Shown here: piece by piece, positions 14,401-25,952 of the stretch
Layout of the letters: every line of letters begins with the position of its first letter
How positions within the stretch are numbered: the first letter of the stretch is position 1
DNA from: Malacoraja senta
Lineage: Eukaryota
DNA: 64,000 nt
Assembly: GCA_038087875.1 (NCBI GenBank)
Contig: JAXLNO010000193.1
Coordinates: 1 to 64,000 of the forward strand
Direction of reading: 5' to 3'
Program-made: the position numbers and the translations under genes
Notes under the pieces: model-generated
Database searches by the model: none
What the model was told of the DNA's origin: nothing
The model's input: only the letters and a program-made list of their open reading frames with translations

Positions 14401-15369
14401 TTCGCATTTGCAGGGTTTGAATATAAACATATAGATATTGAGCGACGGGATGTTTACTGTAACCTGCTCCGTTAAACTCAGCGCACCCGACTCGCAGTAG
14501 TTTTGTTGGGAGAGTGATTATCTTATCTTAACTGTTCAGCAGAGCTTCCTTACGTCTTGAACTCTTGTATTCTCGGCTTGGCTAGCCCCAGCTTTCCACC
14601 TCCTCTATTATAAACTAGCCCGACACAGGAGCCACTATTTAACCTTAGTTTCGTTAAATCAACATTGCTTTTGAAGTCCGCTTAAAGCAGGAGCACCCAA
14701 AGGCCAGGCGATTTTATGCCTTAACATGTATGGCAAATCCTGTGCGGTTAAGTAAACTTAACCTTCATTTATGAAACTTACGAAACATAGGCCAAATGTG
14801 ACTTGTGCGGTAATTACAGCCGAGCGGGGAGGGGGGTCACTTAAACGAGCCGCCAATGCCACGCAATCCTAATGAGTTTACCAGAAATTGATTCTCTATA
14901 ATCTTTCTATTTATATGCAGCTTGCTGCCCCACCTCCATAGTCTCCAGATCCGAGGGATCAGAGGGGACAACCAGTTGAAACCTTTTGAAGGTTTGACAT
15001 TAAAATGCACAATTTTTATTTCAGTTTAGCTGGAATTTTCTTGCACACTTTATATTTGTTGCATGGATGTACGACTTTATTTGACAATTTTTGATGCTTG
15101 TGTGTGTTGGGGGTGGGGAAGATGGGAATGAAGTCGTGTATAGAAAATATCGAATAAAGTGAATACATCCGTGAAATGGAGAGCCCAGCTTGATTGTTCG
15201 GATTGGATTTAATTATGCTTTTACCAATCGTAATTCATTTCAAGCAAATTGAGCCCAGGGCGGGTTTACTTGGAAGTTTGGTTACACAGAACACACCTGT
15301 AGTTAGTTGAATGATGTGTTGAATTTGCGAAAGTGGCCTGATTGAACAAATTCTTGCTTCGACGCAAAT

Positions 15370-15630
15370 GCTGATGGAACTCCAGATACTGGCTTATACC
15401 GAAGATAGATACAAAACGCTGGAGTAACTCAGCGGGACAGACAGCATCTCTGGAGAGAAGGAGTGGGTGATGTTTCTTGTCGAGACCATTCTTCTGACCG
15501 AGAGATAGAGAAGGCCAGAACAAAACAGGACCGGCAACAGGTGATCTCAGGAAGGGTGGAGTCCATAATGGCCCATTGCTTGCTGGGGAAGATGTTCTAA
15601 CTACAGGGATACGCGAACAGTGGAACTAGT
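15370..15630 (-). mobile_element. PLE 3' fragment with degenerate hammerhead-like motif (~15469-15496)
   Basis: Same terminal repeat as the other copies (gatacaaaacgctggagtaactcagcgggacagacagcatctctggagagaagg). Confidence 0.75.
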
Positions 15631-16276
15631 CTATCTCCAGCAATTTCATAAACCGTTTATTTGACACATGCGCCAATTGTTAGGCGATGTGGCACCATCG
15701 CCCATTTAGCTCATTGCGACTGGCGGTCCATACTGTTGTGTTCCAGCCAAGGGCGAACTTTTTACCCTCACTTCTCCGAAACGTTCCCTGTCGCCTAGAA
15801 AAAGCATTTGATCAGTGAGTGCGCTGACGGAGACCCACAGGGGCACTGACTGCTTCCTCGAGTTGTTGCTTTGTAGCTTCCAGCCTGTGAAATTATACAG
15901 CTCTGGCACTCAAAGTATGGGTCAACTCTGACCGCGGAAAACATCATTCTGATACATGAAAGGGCGCAGAAGACTTCAAGGACGAAGAAGAATGATGATT
16001 GTAGGGTTAGGAATGATGTTTGCTTTAAAGCTTGGTCTTTAACCTGAGAACATGTTCCGGTTTCTGTGACGTCTCTTAGCAACTGATCTGGTAATAAATA
16101 GCAGCGAAAAACTTGCTTATATAACAACTATTTTCTAGTTGTCTTTGTTGGCAAAGGGCAGGAATAGATTAACATCGGTTCACCGTTCCCCGTGATTCTG
16201 GTACTCGGCCATAATAGAGCAGTCCATCCCTTAAACATGAAGAAGCATTGATGTAGGAAACGAAATGATGTCTTCT

Positions 16277-16557
16277 CTCTCTCGCCCTCTCTCTCTCTAT
16301 CCCTCCCCCGCCCAAGTCGAACTAACTTCTCGTTTTCACCCTACAAACGGGCTAACAATGGCCTGTTTCCTATATCATCATTACTTTTTTTCATATCTTT
16401 CATTACTTTTTCTTTATCCCTCCACATCACCGTCTATATCTCTCGTTTCCCGTATCCGTAACCAGTCTGAATAAGGAGTTCGACCCGAAACGTCACCCAT
16501 TCCTTCTCTCCAGAGATGCTGCCTGTCCCGCTGTTACTCCAGCGTTTTGTGTCTATC
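16277..16557 (+). mobile_element. 5'-truncated PLE insertion with 11-bp TSD
   Basis: TSD tgatgtcttct at 16266-16276 and 16558-16568. Hammerhead-like motif CTGAATA...CGACCC-GAAACGTC at 16467-16494. Confidence 0.85.
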
Positions 16558-17124
16558 TGATGTCTTCTAATGTTTGTCAGAGGCATTGTTCCACATTGCC
16601 ATATCATCATAAGTTTATTATTTAATTCATTGACCTAAGTCTTATGAAAAAAAAAATCATTTAGCGTTCTCATTATAAAGTTGGAAGTCGATTTTAGCTT
16701 AATACCTCGACAATTCTGCCATCTACAATGTTTAGCTGACCGTCTCTGTAATCCCATTTGCACTCGGGCCAATAACTCGACTTCCATTTTTGCAACGTAT
16801 CTAAACCACTTAATTGCATTCCTTGTGACATATAATAAGCCATGCTTATAACATCCTGCCTTTCAATAAATCATATCTTCTTCACCATATCAGCCTTCCA
16901 AAGAGGACCATGTTTCTACATGTTTTCTACTGAGGTTCATACAACCCTTACCACTATTTCAGGCTGGGTGCATTCAATATTTTGAGCCTACACTGCAGAC
17001 TTCAAATTCCAAACATCAAAATTCCGATACATCAAAATGTTCAGCATAAATTTTGCACAAAAGCCTGCTATTAAGTACATACAGCAGCAATAATGTTCGA
17101 TGTGAAGTATCTGCAACCACAGAG

Positions 17125-17570
17125 GTTGGCCACTAAAGTGGGCACCAAGTGTCATTACCTGCTCAGGTTCTATGTGTTGCCTGTGTTGCAAAGGATGGGC
17201 CTGGTACCAATGCCGCAGATGTGCCAGTCAACCGGAGATTTGCTGCACCATCTGTCTTTCATGAAAAAAAGTTCTTCCAGACCAACTCCAGTGGCCACAG
17301 GTCCATCCGGCAGCAGTTCACACAGAACATGCTGCTGGTACTGCAGGACAAGGACACAATCGAGGACATTGTGGGGTGGTTTGCTGAATAGCAAGCACCA
17401 AGACTTTGCTTGGCTGCTGGTGAGAGGGGCCCTCCCAATCAGGTCCTTCCTGAATTAGTGGGCCTTGGGATGGTTGGTATGGAGAGGAAATGTTTGCTGA
17501 ACACTTAGCTGAGAGTGGATTTGTGAAGAGGGTCTGGAGAATGATGCAAAGGCCCTTGTCACGGTTCTTG
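17125..17570 (+). mobile_element. Tx1-type (L1 clade) ORF2 C-terminal relic
   Basis: Frameshifted peptides TKCHYLLRFYVLPVLQRMGLVPMP, DIVGWFAE and NSKHQDFAWLLVRGALPIRSFL resemble the post-RT region of vertebrate Tx1 elements. Confidence 0.7.
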
Positions 17571-17834
17571 GGAACTTGAGGGTCTCAACCATTTGTGATG
17601 AGATTGTTGGGATTCATCTTTCTGGATGGCTAAAGTGGATGGTTCTGGATGGTTATGACATTATCGAAGAAGCATTGGAATATAATACTCCACCTCACAC
17701 ATGGTACAGAAGTGGTGGAAAAAGATAAAATATAGCTTCATGATATTTCAAATACATTTTTTATTTTTCTCGAATGTAGTTGAATTATTTGACATTCATT
17801 CATACAAATGGAGAAATATTTAATAGGATTAGGA

Positions 17835-19164
17835 GGTAGACAAAATGCTGGAGAAACTCAGCGGGTGAGGCAGCATCTATGGAGCGAAGGGAATAGGCAA
17901 GGTTTCCGGTTGAGACCCTTCTTCAGACTGATGTGGGGGTTGGGGGGGGGGTGGCGGGAAGAAGAAAGGAAGAGGCGGAGACAGTGGGCTGTGGGAGAGC
18001 TGGGAAGGGGAGGGGAAAGGAGAAAGCAGGGACTACCTGAAATTGGAAGTCAATGTTCATATCGCTGGGGTGTAAACTACTCAAGCGAAATATGAAATGC
18101 TGCTCCTCCAATGGGCCTCACTCTGGCCATGGAGGAGGCCCAGGACAGAAAGGTCAGATTCGGAATGGGAGGGGGAGTTGAAGTGCTGAGCCACCGGGAG
18201 ATCAGGTTGGTTATTGCAAACCAAGCGGAGTTGTTGGGCGAGGCGATCGCCAAGCCTACGCTTGGTCTCACCGATGTAGAGCAGCTGACACCTAGAGCAG
18301 CAGATGCAATAGATGAGGATGGAGGAGATGCAGGTGAACCTCTGCCGCACCTGGAAAGACTGCTTAGGTCTTTGGATGGAGTCAAGGGGGGAGGTAAAGC
18401 GACAAGTGTAACATTTCCTGCGGTTGCAAGGGAAAGTACCAGGAGAGGGGGTGGTTTGGGTGGGAAGGGACGAATTGACCAGGGAGTTACGCAGGGAGCG
18501 GTTTCTGCGGAAAGCCGAAAGGGGAGGAGATGGGAAGATGTGGCCAGTGGTGGGATCCCGTTGGAGGTGGCGAAAATGTTGGAGGATTATCTGTTGTATG
18601 TGACGGCTGGTAGGGTGGAAGGTGAGGAGAAGGGGGACTCTGCCCTTGTTACGAGTGGGGGGATGGGGAATGAGAGCAGAGTTACGGGGTATAGAAGAGA
18701 CCCTGGTGAGAGCCTCATCTATAGTAGAAGAGGGGAACCCCCGTTCCCTAAAGAATGAGGACATTTCTGAAGCCCTGGTTTGGAACACCTCATCCTGGGT
18801 GCAGATGCGGCGTAGATGGAGGAATTAGGAGTAGGGGATGGAGTCCTTACAGGAAGCAGGGTGGGAAGAAGTGTAGTCCAGATAGCCATGGGAGTCAGTG
18901 GGTTTATAGTAGATGTCGGTCAGTAGTCTGTCACCTGCGATGGAGATAGTGAGGTCTAGAAACGGTAGGGATATGTCGGAAATGGTCCAGGTGTATTAGA
19001 GTGCCGGATGTAAGTCAGTGGTGAAATGGATGAAGTCAGTGAGTTCTGTATGGGTGCAGGAGGTAGCACCAATGCAGTCGTCGATGTAGCGGAGGTAGAG
19101 TTTGGGGTTAGGGCCACAGTACGCCTCGAACAAGGATTGTTCGACGTTACGCCTTGAACAAGGA
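17835..19164 (-). mobile_element. 5'-truncated Penelope-like retroelement (RT C-terminal half + GIY-YIG endonuclease) with 14-bp TSD
   Basis: RT motif LYLRYIDDCIGA at ~19065-19100. Cys linker FPCNRRKCYTC and GIY-YIG LIYCICCSRCQLLYIGETKRRL in ORF 18081-18788. Hammerhead-like motif at 17899-17926. TSD taataggattagga at 17821-17834 and 19165-19178. Confidence 0.93.
18081..18788 (-). pseudogene. PLE RT-thumb/GIY-YIG endonuclease coding remnant
   Basis: 235-aa ORF with FRERGFPSSTIDEAL, RVPLLLTFHP, CNRRKCYTC, IY...YIGET and VAQHFNS motifs; disrupted at both ends. Confidence 0.88.
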
Positions 19165-20517
19165 TAATAGGATTAGGATTTCATTTGCCACGGAGTGCAC
19201 AAACTCCAACCTGCAACTGCACACAATACTCCAAATACAGCCTAACCAAAGTCCTATAAAGCTACAACATGACTTCCTGACTCTTATACTCAATAGGCCG
19301 ATTCAGTTGAATTTCTGGTCAAAATTGTGGTGAACTAATTTGCAAAAATTGCAGTTTGTAGAAATATGAAACAAAAACAGAAAATTCTGGAAACATTTAG
19401 CAGGTCAGGTTGAATGGTGGCAAGATGAATACTTGATGTTTTAGATTCAGGACCCTTTGATAGGACTTTCCTTGCTTTATGTTTGACTCCAGGGAGTGGA
19501 GACTGTTCCTCCTGCTGTGCACTGACTGTATTTCAGGGGATTTTCAAAGACATGCTACATTAAACGCTGTCTTAATGTTAAGAACACTCACTATCAGACC
19601 AAAGCTGTCAGGATAACTTGCTCCAAGAGATTCTGGCATAAATACAAAGCGAGGTTCCATGGTAGCACATATTTGGCACTGTAATGTTGAAGGCACCTCC
19701 AGCATATTTGCTGATGATTGAGAGTGGATTGGTGGGCTGGTATCATGGAGTTTCCTTTTACATGAAGAGTTCTAATCTGAGGAATCTTTCACCTCAGGTC
19801 ATAATCAGATATGTGGATATTTGAAACATTCAATTCCGATTACAACTCATTCGTAAATGATGCAGTTCCTGCCTGCATACAACATAACCTGGTCAACATT
19901 CAAGTCATGGGCTGATACTTAACATTAACATCACAATAGTTCCAGGCAATCGCTCTCTTCAAAAAGAGTCTTAAAACATCCTGGATATCATTTGAACAGA
20001 AACTCAACTCAGCAGCACCATTACAGGCACATTGTCTCACACAACACTTGAAAAATATCAATCATACATAAATTATAGACAGTGAAAACAAGGCTGTGCA
20101 AAACAAGACATTAGAGCAAAAATACACAATTAGTAAACAAAGCCTAATAGTGCAAGAAGTGGTTTGTTGTGTTCCGTTGCTGAGGAATAGAGGTAGGTAG
20201 AATAACGACAGGGTTTCAAGAAGGCCATCATCACTACCATTTCAGACACAATAGGTGATTCACAATTAATGTGATGTCTAGAAAATGACAAATTAATATA
20301 AAAATGTAAACTGTATTATTGCAAAGAGTTGCTGCTGGCTCTGGGCCTTGTCTTCAGTATATTGACTGGGATACACATTATTTACGGTATCGATAGCACT
20401 CAGTCATTTCTTAATATTGTTAGAAGTGAATTAAATTGGGTGCAGTCTGGCCTCTGAAATGTTGGACTGCTCATGAGATTGCAACACTGGATCATCTGCT
20501 CAGCCTCTTTGGATAAT

Positions 20518-20553
<36 letters not shown>

Positions 20554-20941
20554 TTTTTATTTTTTAGAAGTACGGTAGATTACAGTAATGTACAACACGT
20601 ATATATTAATACATTTTTTGTACCGCTTCACTTTTTTAAACTTTAAGAAAGAAAAAGAAAGAAGTAAGAAAAGTGAAGAAAGTGCGCAAAGGTTGTGAAG
20701 TGCAAAAGAGTGTTGGGAAAAGAAAGCCCCTTAGAAAAGAGGTTAGAGAAGGAAGTAAAGTTAGAAAATAGACCCTAGAAAAAAAAGAGAAAGAAAGAAG
20801 GAACAATCGCTCTATTATGACTCTTATACCATACTTCATAGAGAAGGAACTACCAACCAAGTCTATTTTTATTTTACCTCCCATTACCAGGTCCAGATAC
20901 CTTTTATTTATTTATTTGTTTTTCTAAATTACTATTGCACC

Positions 20942-23900
20942 TCATGCTTGTAATAGGTCCAAAAACGTAGACCACGTCTTTTGAAATTGATCTGCTTTGC
21001 CTACTAGGAGGAATCTCATCTCTTCCAGATGTAATGTTTCCAACATATTTGATGTCCACATTTTTATTGTTGGTGTGGGCGCATTTTTCCAGAATTTAAG
21101 TATAAGCTTTTTTCCCATTATTAGCCCATAATTGAGTAAATTCTTCTGATACACGTTTAATTCAGGAATACCTTCCGATATTCCAAAAATAATCCATTCT
21201 GGTTTTGGTACCAGTTTTATTTTGATTAATTTTGAAAAAATATCAAATATTTCAAACCAGAATTTTTGGATTTTTGTACAAAAAACAAAAGAATGTGCTA
21301 TGGTAGCTTCTTGACATATACATTTATCACAGATTGGTGAGACGTTAGGAAAGATTTTATTTAGTTTGGTTTTTGAATAATATAATCTATGTAATGTTTT
21401 AAATTGGATAAGCGTATGTCGTACGTTGATCGAGCATTTATGCACCTGTAATAAATGATTATCCCAACTCTCTTTTGAAATTTTTATACCTAGATCTTGT
21501 TCCCAATCTCTTCTAATTCCATCTGTTGTGGGTATTTCTATATTTAAGATGATATTATATAAGTATGATATTAAATTAGCTGATTCCGCCTTTGTCTTCA
21601 TTGCTTCATCTAGTAAGTCGGAAGGCATATTATAATAATCTTTTGTGTGTGTTTTCAAATAGTCACAGATTTGTATATATTTAAAATATTGATTATTTTT
21701 CAAATTATATTTCAGTTGTAGTTGTTGGAATGATAGTAATTTTTCTAATTCATACAGATCTTCGAGCGTTTTAATTCCCATTCTTTCCCATTGTATAAAT
21801 GCTTTATCTATGATTGAAGGTTTAAACGATGGGTTATTGACTATTGGTATTAAGAGAGATAGGTTTCTTAATTTTAGATTCTGTTTTATTTGCTTCCATG
21901 TTCTAATAGTGCTATATATAATTGGATTTTTATTATAATTTTTATTATTCAAGTTTATTGGAGAGAGAATAATCGCTCCTATATTATTCGGGGAGCAATC
22001 CCCTTTTTCCATTATAATCCAGTCCACCTGCTGGGCAGAATTGTCCAGCAGGTGAATCATATTTTTAATATTTACTGCCCAGTTATAATACATAAAGTTA
22101 GGGAGCGCTAGACCCCCCAACTCTTTTCGTTTGTTAAGGTGTGTTCTTTGTATTCTGTGGGATTTGTAATCCCATATAAAATTTGTAATGTCTGAGTCCA
22201 GTTTTTTGAAAAACTTTTTTGGGAGATATATAGGTATTGATTGAAATAGGTAAAGGATTTGTGGTAGGAAAATCATTTTTATAGCATTTATCCTACCTAT
22301 TAAGGACATCGGAAGTGTTTTCCAAAATTTAATCAGATTATTTAATTTCTTAAGTAGGGGATTATAATTAGCTTTAAACATATCATGGTAATTTCTAGTA
22401 ATCTCAATTCCTAAATATTTGAATTTTTCCATAGCTATTTTAAAAGGGAATTTCCTGAGATGTGTTGAATCTTTTGGTTTAATCGACATAATTTCACTTT
22501 TGTTCCAATTTATTCTATATCCTGAAAAGGATCCAAAGTCCTCAATTAAGTTTAATATATTTGGTATACTAATTTGTGGTTTTGTGATGTACAGTAGTAC
22601 ATCATCAGCATATAGGGATAGTTTGTTGTTTGAATATTTTGTGTTATAACCGTGAATATTCGAGTGTGTTCTTATTTTTTCAGCAAGGGGTTCAATTACC
22701 AAAGCAAATAACAGCGGTGATAGTGAACATCCTTGTCTGTTGCCCCTAGATAATTCGAATTTTGAAGATAATATATTATTAGTTAGTATTCTAGCCGTAG
22801 GTTTGTTATATAGTAGTTTTATCCATGCAATAAAGTTTTCTCCCAATTGGAATTTTTGCAATACTTTGATCATATAGTCCCATTCTACTTGATCAAACGC
22901 TTTTTCTGCGTCCAGTGAGATGATAGCTAACTCTTGGTCATAAGATTTATGTGAATGCATTATGTTAAGCAAACGTCTCAAATTATTAAATGAGTGTCTC
23001 TTAGGTATAAATCCTGTTTGATCCTCATGTATTAGTCTACTAACATACTTGCTTAATCTATTGGCTAATGTTTTTGCTATTATTTTCTGATCCGTATTTA
23101 ACAAAGCAATAGCTCTATATGATCCTGGTTCTTCTATATTTTTATCTTTTTTAAGTATTAATATGATCGTTGATTCCGCTAGTGTTTCAGGTAGGTTTTG
23201 CTCTTTATAAGCATATGTATACATTTTTTGTAATCGTGGAGTAACTATATCATAAAAAGATTTATAAAATTCATTACTGAATCCGTCTGGTCCTGGTGTT
23301 TTTCCATTTTTTAGTGTTTTTATTGTGTCTTCTATCTCCTTAGAAGTAATTTGTGCTCCCAGTTCCTCTTGTTCCCTGCGTTCTAATTGTGGTAGATTAC
23401 AATTATCTAAAAATTCTGAGATTTTATTATTGTCTATTGACGTTTTAGATGTGTATAGATTCTGGTAAGATTGAGCAAATCTTTTATTAATATCCTTGGG
23501 TAGTGTTAATACTTCCCCTCTATCTGATTTAATCTTTAATATTGCATTCTCTTTTTCCCGTTTTTTAAGTTGTCGTGCTAGAAGTTTGTGGGGTTTGTCC
23601 CCGAATTCGAAGTGTTCTTGTTTTGTGATTTGAAATAATGTTATAACTTTCTCTGACAGTAATTTATTTAACTGAAATTTCAGTAGTAGTATTTTATTAT
23701 GTTTATCCATAGTTGGGTCTTTAGCATTATCTATATCTAACTGTTTTATTTGATCTTCTAAGTGTCTTTGTTCATTCTTATTCTTTTTATTTTGATAAGC
23801 TTGAAATGAAATAATGACTCCTCTTATAAATGCTTTGAAGGATTCCCATAATAACGTGGGGGATATCTCTGGTGTATCATTTAACTCAAAAAATAAATCC

Positions 23901-24742
23901 ATCTGTTTTTTTAGATAGATACTCCCTTGAGGGTCTTTTAAAATTTGTGAGTTAAACCTCCAGAACGGTTTATTCATAGACATTCCTTCTAGTTTTAGAA
24001 CAAAAGTTAACGGAGAATGATCTGAGATCGCATTAATATGATATTTAGGATTCAAAGATTGCGAGATTAATTTTGTATCCACTAGAAAATAGTCTATCCG
24101 TGAATATGTTTTATGCACCATTGAATAAAACGAGTAATCCCTTCCCGTCGGGTTTGCAATCCTCCATACATCTGTTATATTTGTGTTTTCCATATATGTG
24201 TGTAAGAGTTCACTGGTTTTAGATTTCGTCTGACCTTTTTGTTTTTGCATCGATTTATCTAAATAAGGATCTAAAACACAATTAAAATCTCCTCCGATTA
24301 TAACATTTTGATAATTAGATTCTGCAATTATATTCAGAATTTTATTAAAAAATTGAGGGTTATCAAAGTTGGGCGCATATATGTTTACCAGCGTGATTGG
24401 CATATTATTGATCTCCCCTGCTACTATAAGATATCTCCCTTCCTTATCTAAAATAGTGTTCTTTGATTTAAATGGAATTCCTTTACGAATAATAATTGCA
24501 GTACCTCTAGATTTAGAGGTAAATGAAGAGTGAAATGTTTGGCCTATCCAGTTCGCCCTCAGTCTTGTCTGATCTTGCTGTTTAAGATGTGTTTCCTGTA
24601 GAAACGCTATGTCCGTGTTGTATGATTTCAACTGAGCTAGTATCTTGCCCCTTTTAATAGGTTCATTAATCCCCCTTATATTCCAACTACATAATGTGAT
24701 TCCTCCTATTTTCTTTTGATTGTCGTCATGCATTTTTACCAA
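20942..24742 (-). CDS. L1 ORF2p: APE endonuclease + reverse transcriptase + C-terminal Cys-rich domain (1266 aa)
   Basis: Endonuclease motifs WNIRG, LQETH, NIYAPN, GGDFN, SRIDY, SDH. RT motifs PGPDGF, YRAIAL, LDAEKAFD, RQGCSLSPLLF, YADD, KYLG. C-terminal CDKC...H...C. No stops. Confidence 0.97.
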   Translation of the reverse strand: MVKMHDDNQKKIGGITLCSWNIRGINEPIKRGKILAQLKSYNTDIAFLQETHLKQQDQTRLRANWIGQTFHSSFTSKSRGTAIIIRKGIPFKSKNTILDKEGRYLIVAGEINNMPITLVNIYAPNFDNPQFFNKILNIIAESNYQNVIIGGDFNCVLDPYLDKSMQKQKGQTKSKTSELLHTYMENTNITDVWRIANPTGRDYSFYSMVHKTYSRIDYFLVDTKLISQSLNPKYHINAISDHSPLTFVLKLEGMSMNKPFWRFNSQILKDPQGSIYLKKQMDLFFELNDTPEISPTLLWESFKAFIRGVIISFQAYQNKKNKNEQRHLEDQIKQLDIDNAKDPTMDKHNKILLLKFQLNKLLSEKVITLFQITKQEHFEFGDKPHKLLARQLKKREKENAILKIKSDRGEVLTLPKDINKRFAQSYQNLYTSKTSIDNNKISEFLDNCNLPQLERREQEELGAQITSKEIEDTIKTLKNGKTPGPDGFSNEFYKSFYDIVTPRLQKMYTYAYKEQNLPETLAESTIILILKKDKNIEEPGSYRAIALLNTDQKIIAKTLANRLSKYVSRLIHEDQTGFIPKRHSFNNLRRLLNIMHSHKSYDQELAIISLDAEKAFDQVEWDYMIKVLQKFQLGENFIAWIKLLYNKPTARILTNNILSSKFELSRGNRQGCSLSPLLFALVIEPLAEKIRTHSNIHGYNTKYSNNKLSLYADDVLLYITKPQISIPNILNLIEDFGSFSGYRINWNKSEIMSIKPKDSTHLRKFPFKIAMEKFKYLGIEITRNYHDMFKANYNPLLKKLNNLIKFWKTLPMSLIGRINAIKMIFLPQILYLFQSIPIYLPKKFFKKLDSDITNFIWDYKSHRIQRTHLNKRKELGGLALPNFMYYNWAVNIKNMIHLLDNSAQQVDWIIMEKGDCSPNNIGAIILSPINLNNKNYNKNPIIYSTIRTWKQIKQNLKLRNLSLLIPIVNNPSFKPSIIDKAFIQWERMGIKTLEDLYELEKLLSFQQLQLKYNLKNNQYFKYIQICDYLKTHTKDYYNMPSDLLDEAMKTKAESANLISYLYNIILNIEIPTTDGIRRDWEQDLGIKISKESWDNHLLQVHKCSINVRHTLIQFKTLHRLYYSKTKLNKIFPNVSPICDKCICQEATIAHSFVFCTKIQKFWFEIFDIFSKLIKIKLVPKPEWIIFGISEGIPELNVYQKNLLNYGLIMGKKLILKFWKNAPTPTIKMWTSNMLETLHLEEMRFLLVGKADQFQKTWSTFLDLLQA

Positions 24743-25133
24743 TTTTAATGACCTTAATTATTGTGGTGCGTTCATACCTCCGGACTCTGGTTATTTTGGG
24801 AGTATTTCTATTATAGACTTCCTTGGTAGTTCTCCTGCGCGATTGTCCTTGAAGAAAAAACACACAGATGTGACATATTGTGATTAAAAAAAAATATATA
24901 TATAAATCAAATAAATTTACGGTGTCTAAAATTTCAACACCGTAGTGAGTGGCCCACTCGTCTGTGGGGTACGACATCCATAACGCTTCCGGCGTAGTTG
25001 GTATAAAGTTAGCCCCGCTGTATTTCTTACCCAAAATCTATGGGGTCATTACCGTTTCCAATTCAGTTCTATTTCACCCAGTTACAATTTATATATATGT
25101 CAAATGTATTCGATTCCATATCCTACTCACTCT

Positions 25134-25725
25134 TTATCTCTTAACTATTTTAAAATGAATTTAGTATTGTTAAAGTGAGCGGTTTACTGAGTGGATTAAC
25201 CGGAGTCAGGTTCCTGGAATTGTGCCAGGTGCCTGATCTCTTCTCCTCTCCACGAGCTGCGAACATAGGTGATAACTGCTGTCTGCGTTATGACGCAGGC
25301 ACCACAGTTTTATCAGTTTCAAATATTATTTCTATATTAGTATTGTTAATTATTAATTATGATTAATTCTCAGCATTTTGTAAAACTATATAAGCCGTAT
25401 ATATTTTTCATATCAACCTCGAGTGTATATTATCTCTTAACTATTTTAAATTGATTTTAATATTGTTAAAAATGAGCTGTTCGCTGGAAGGGTTAACGGG
25501 AGTCTGGCTCCTGGAGTTATGCCAGGTACCCGGTCTCCCCCTCCCTCCACTCTCGAGCTGCATAGCACTTGCTGTTATCTGCTAAACAGAGCAGACTGCA
25601 CATTTTTTATCTATTTCAATTGCTATTTCTATATTAGTATTGTTAATTGTTAATTATTATTAGTTCTCAGTTTTTTCAGTTTTTTATAAACAATATAAGC
25701 CATGTGATGTTTTTCACTCTCAGCC
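25134..25725. repeat. Diverged tandem duplication (~296-bp period, 2 units) in the L1 inter-ORF region
   Basis: Units start ttatctcttaactattttaaa at ~25134 and ~25430. They share ttcctggaattgtgccaggt/ctcctggagttatgccaggt and tttctatattagtattgttaatt. Confidence 0.85.
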
Positions 25726-25952
25726 CAGCAGTTCGTCCCGTTATCAGGTTTTCCTCGTTTGAGCACGTAGTGTCCTTGAATTACATAGCACAATGTTCCA
25801 GCGAAGATAATAATGTCTAGCCACGTCTCACTAAGAATCTGTTGCTTGAAGTCAAATAAAAAATAAAAAATCAGTGTTCAGTTAATTCACTTTCCTTGTA
25901 ATATTCTTGTTGGAAGAATAAGCAAGTTCATTTGTTCATGTCGTCTTGGTTT

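Noticed and set aside
18111..18758. 215-aa plus-strand ORF (also 40542-41021)
   Set aside because: Antisense shadow of the PLE coding strand with no recognisable domain.
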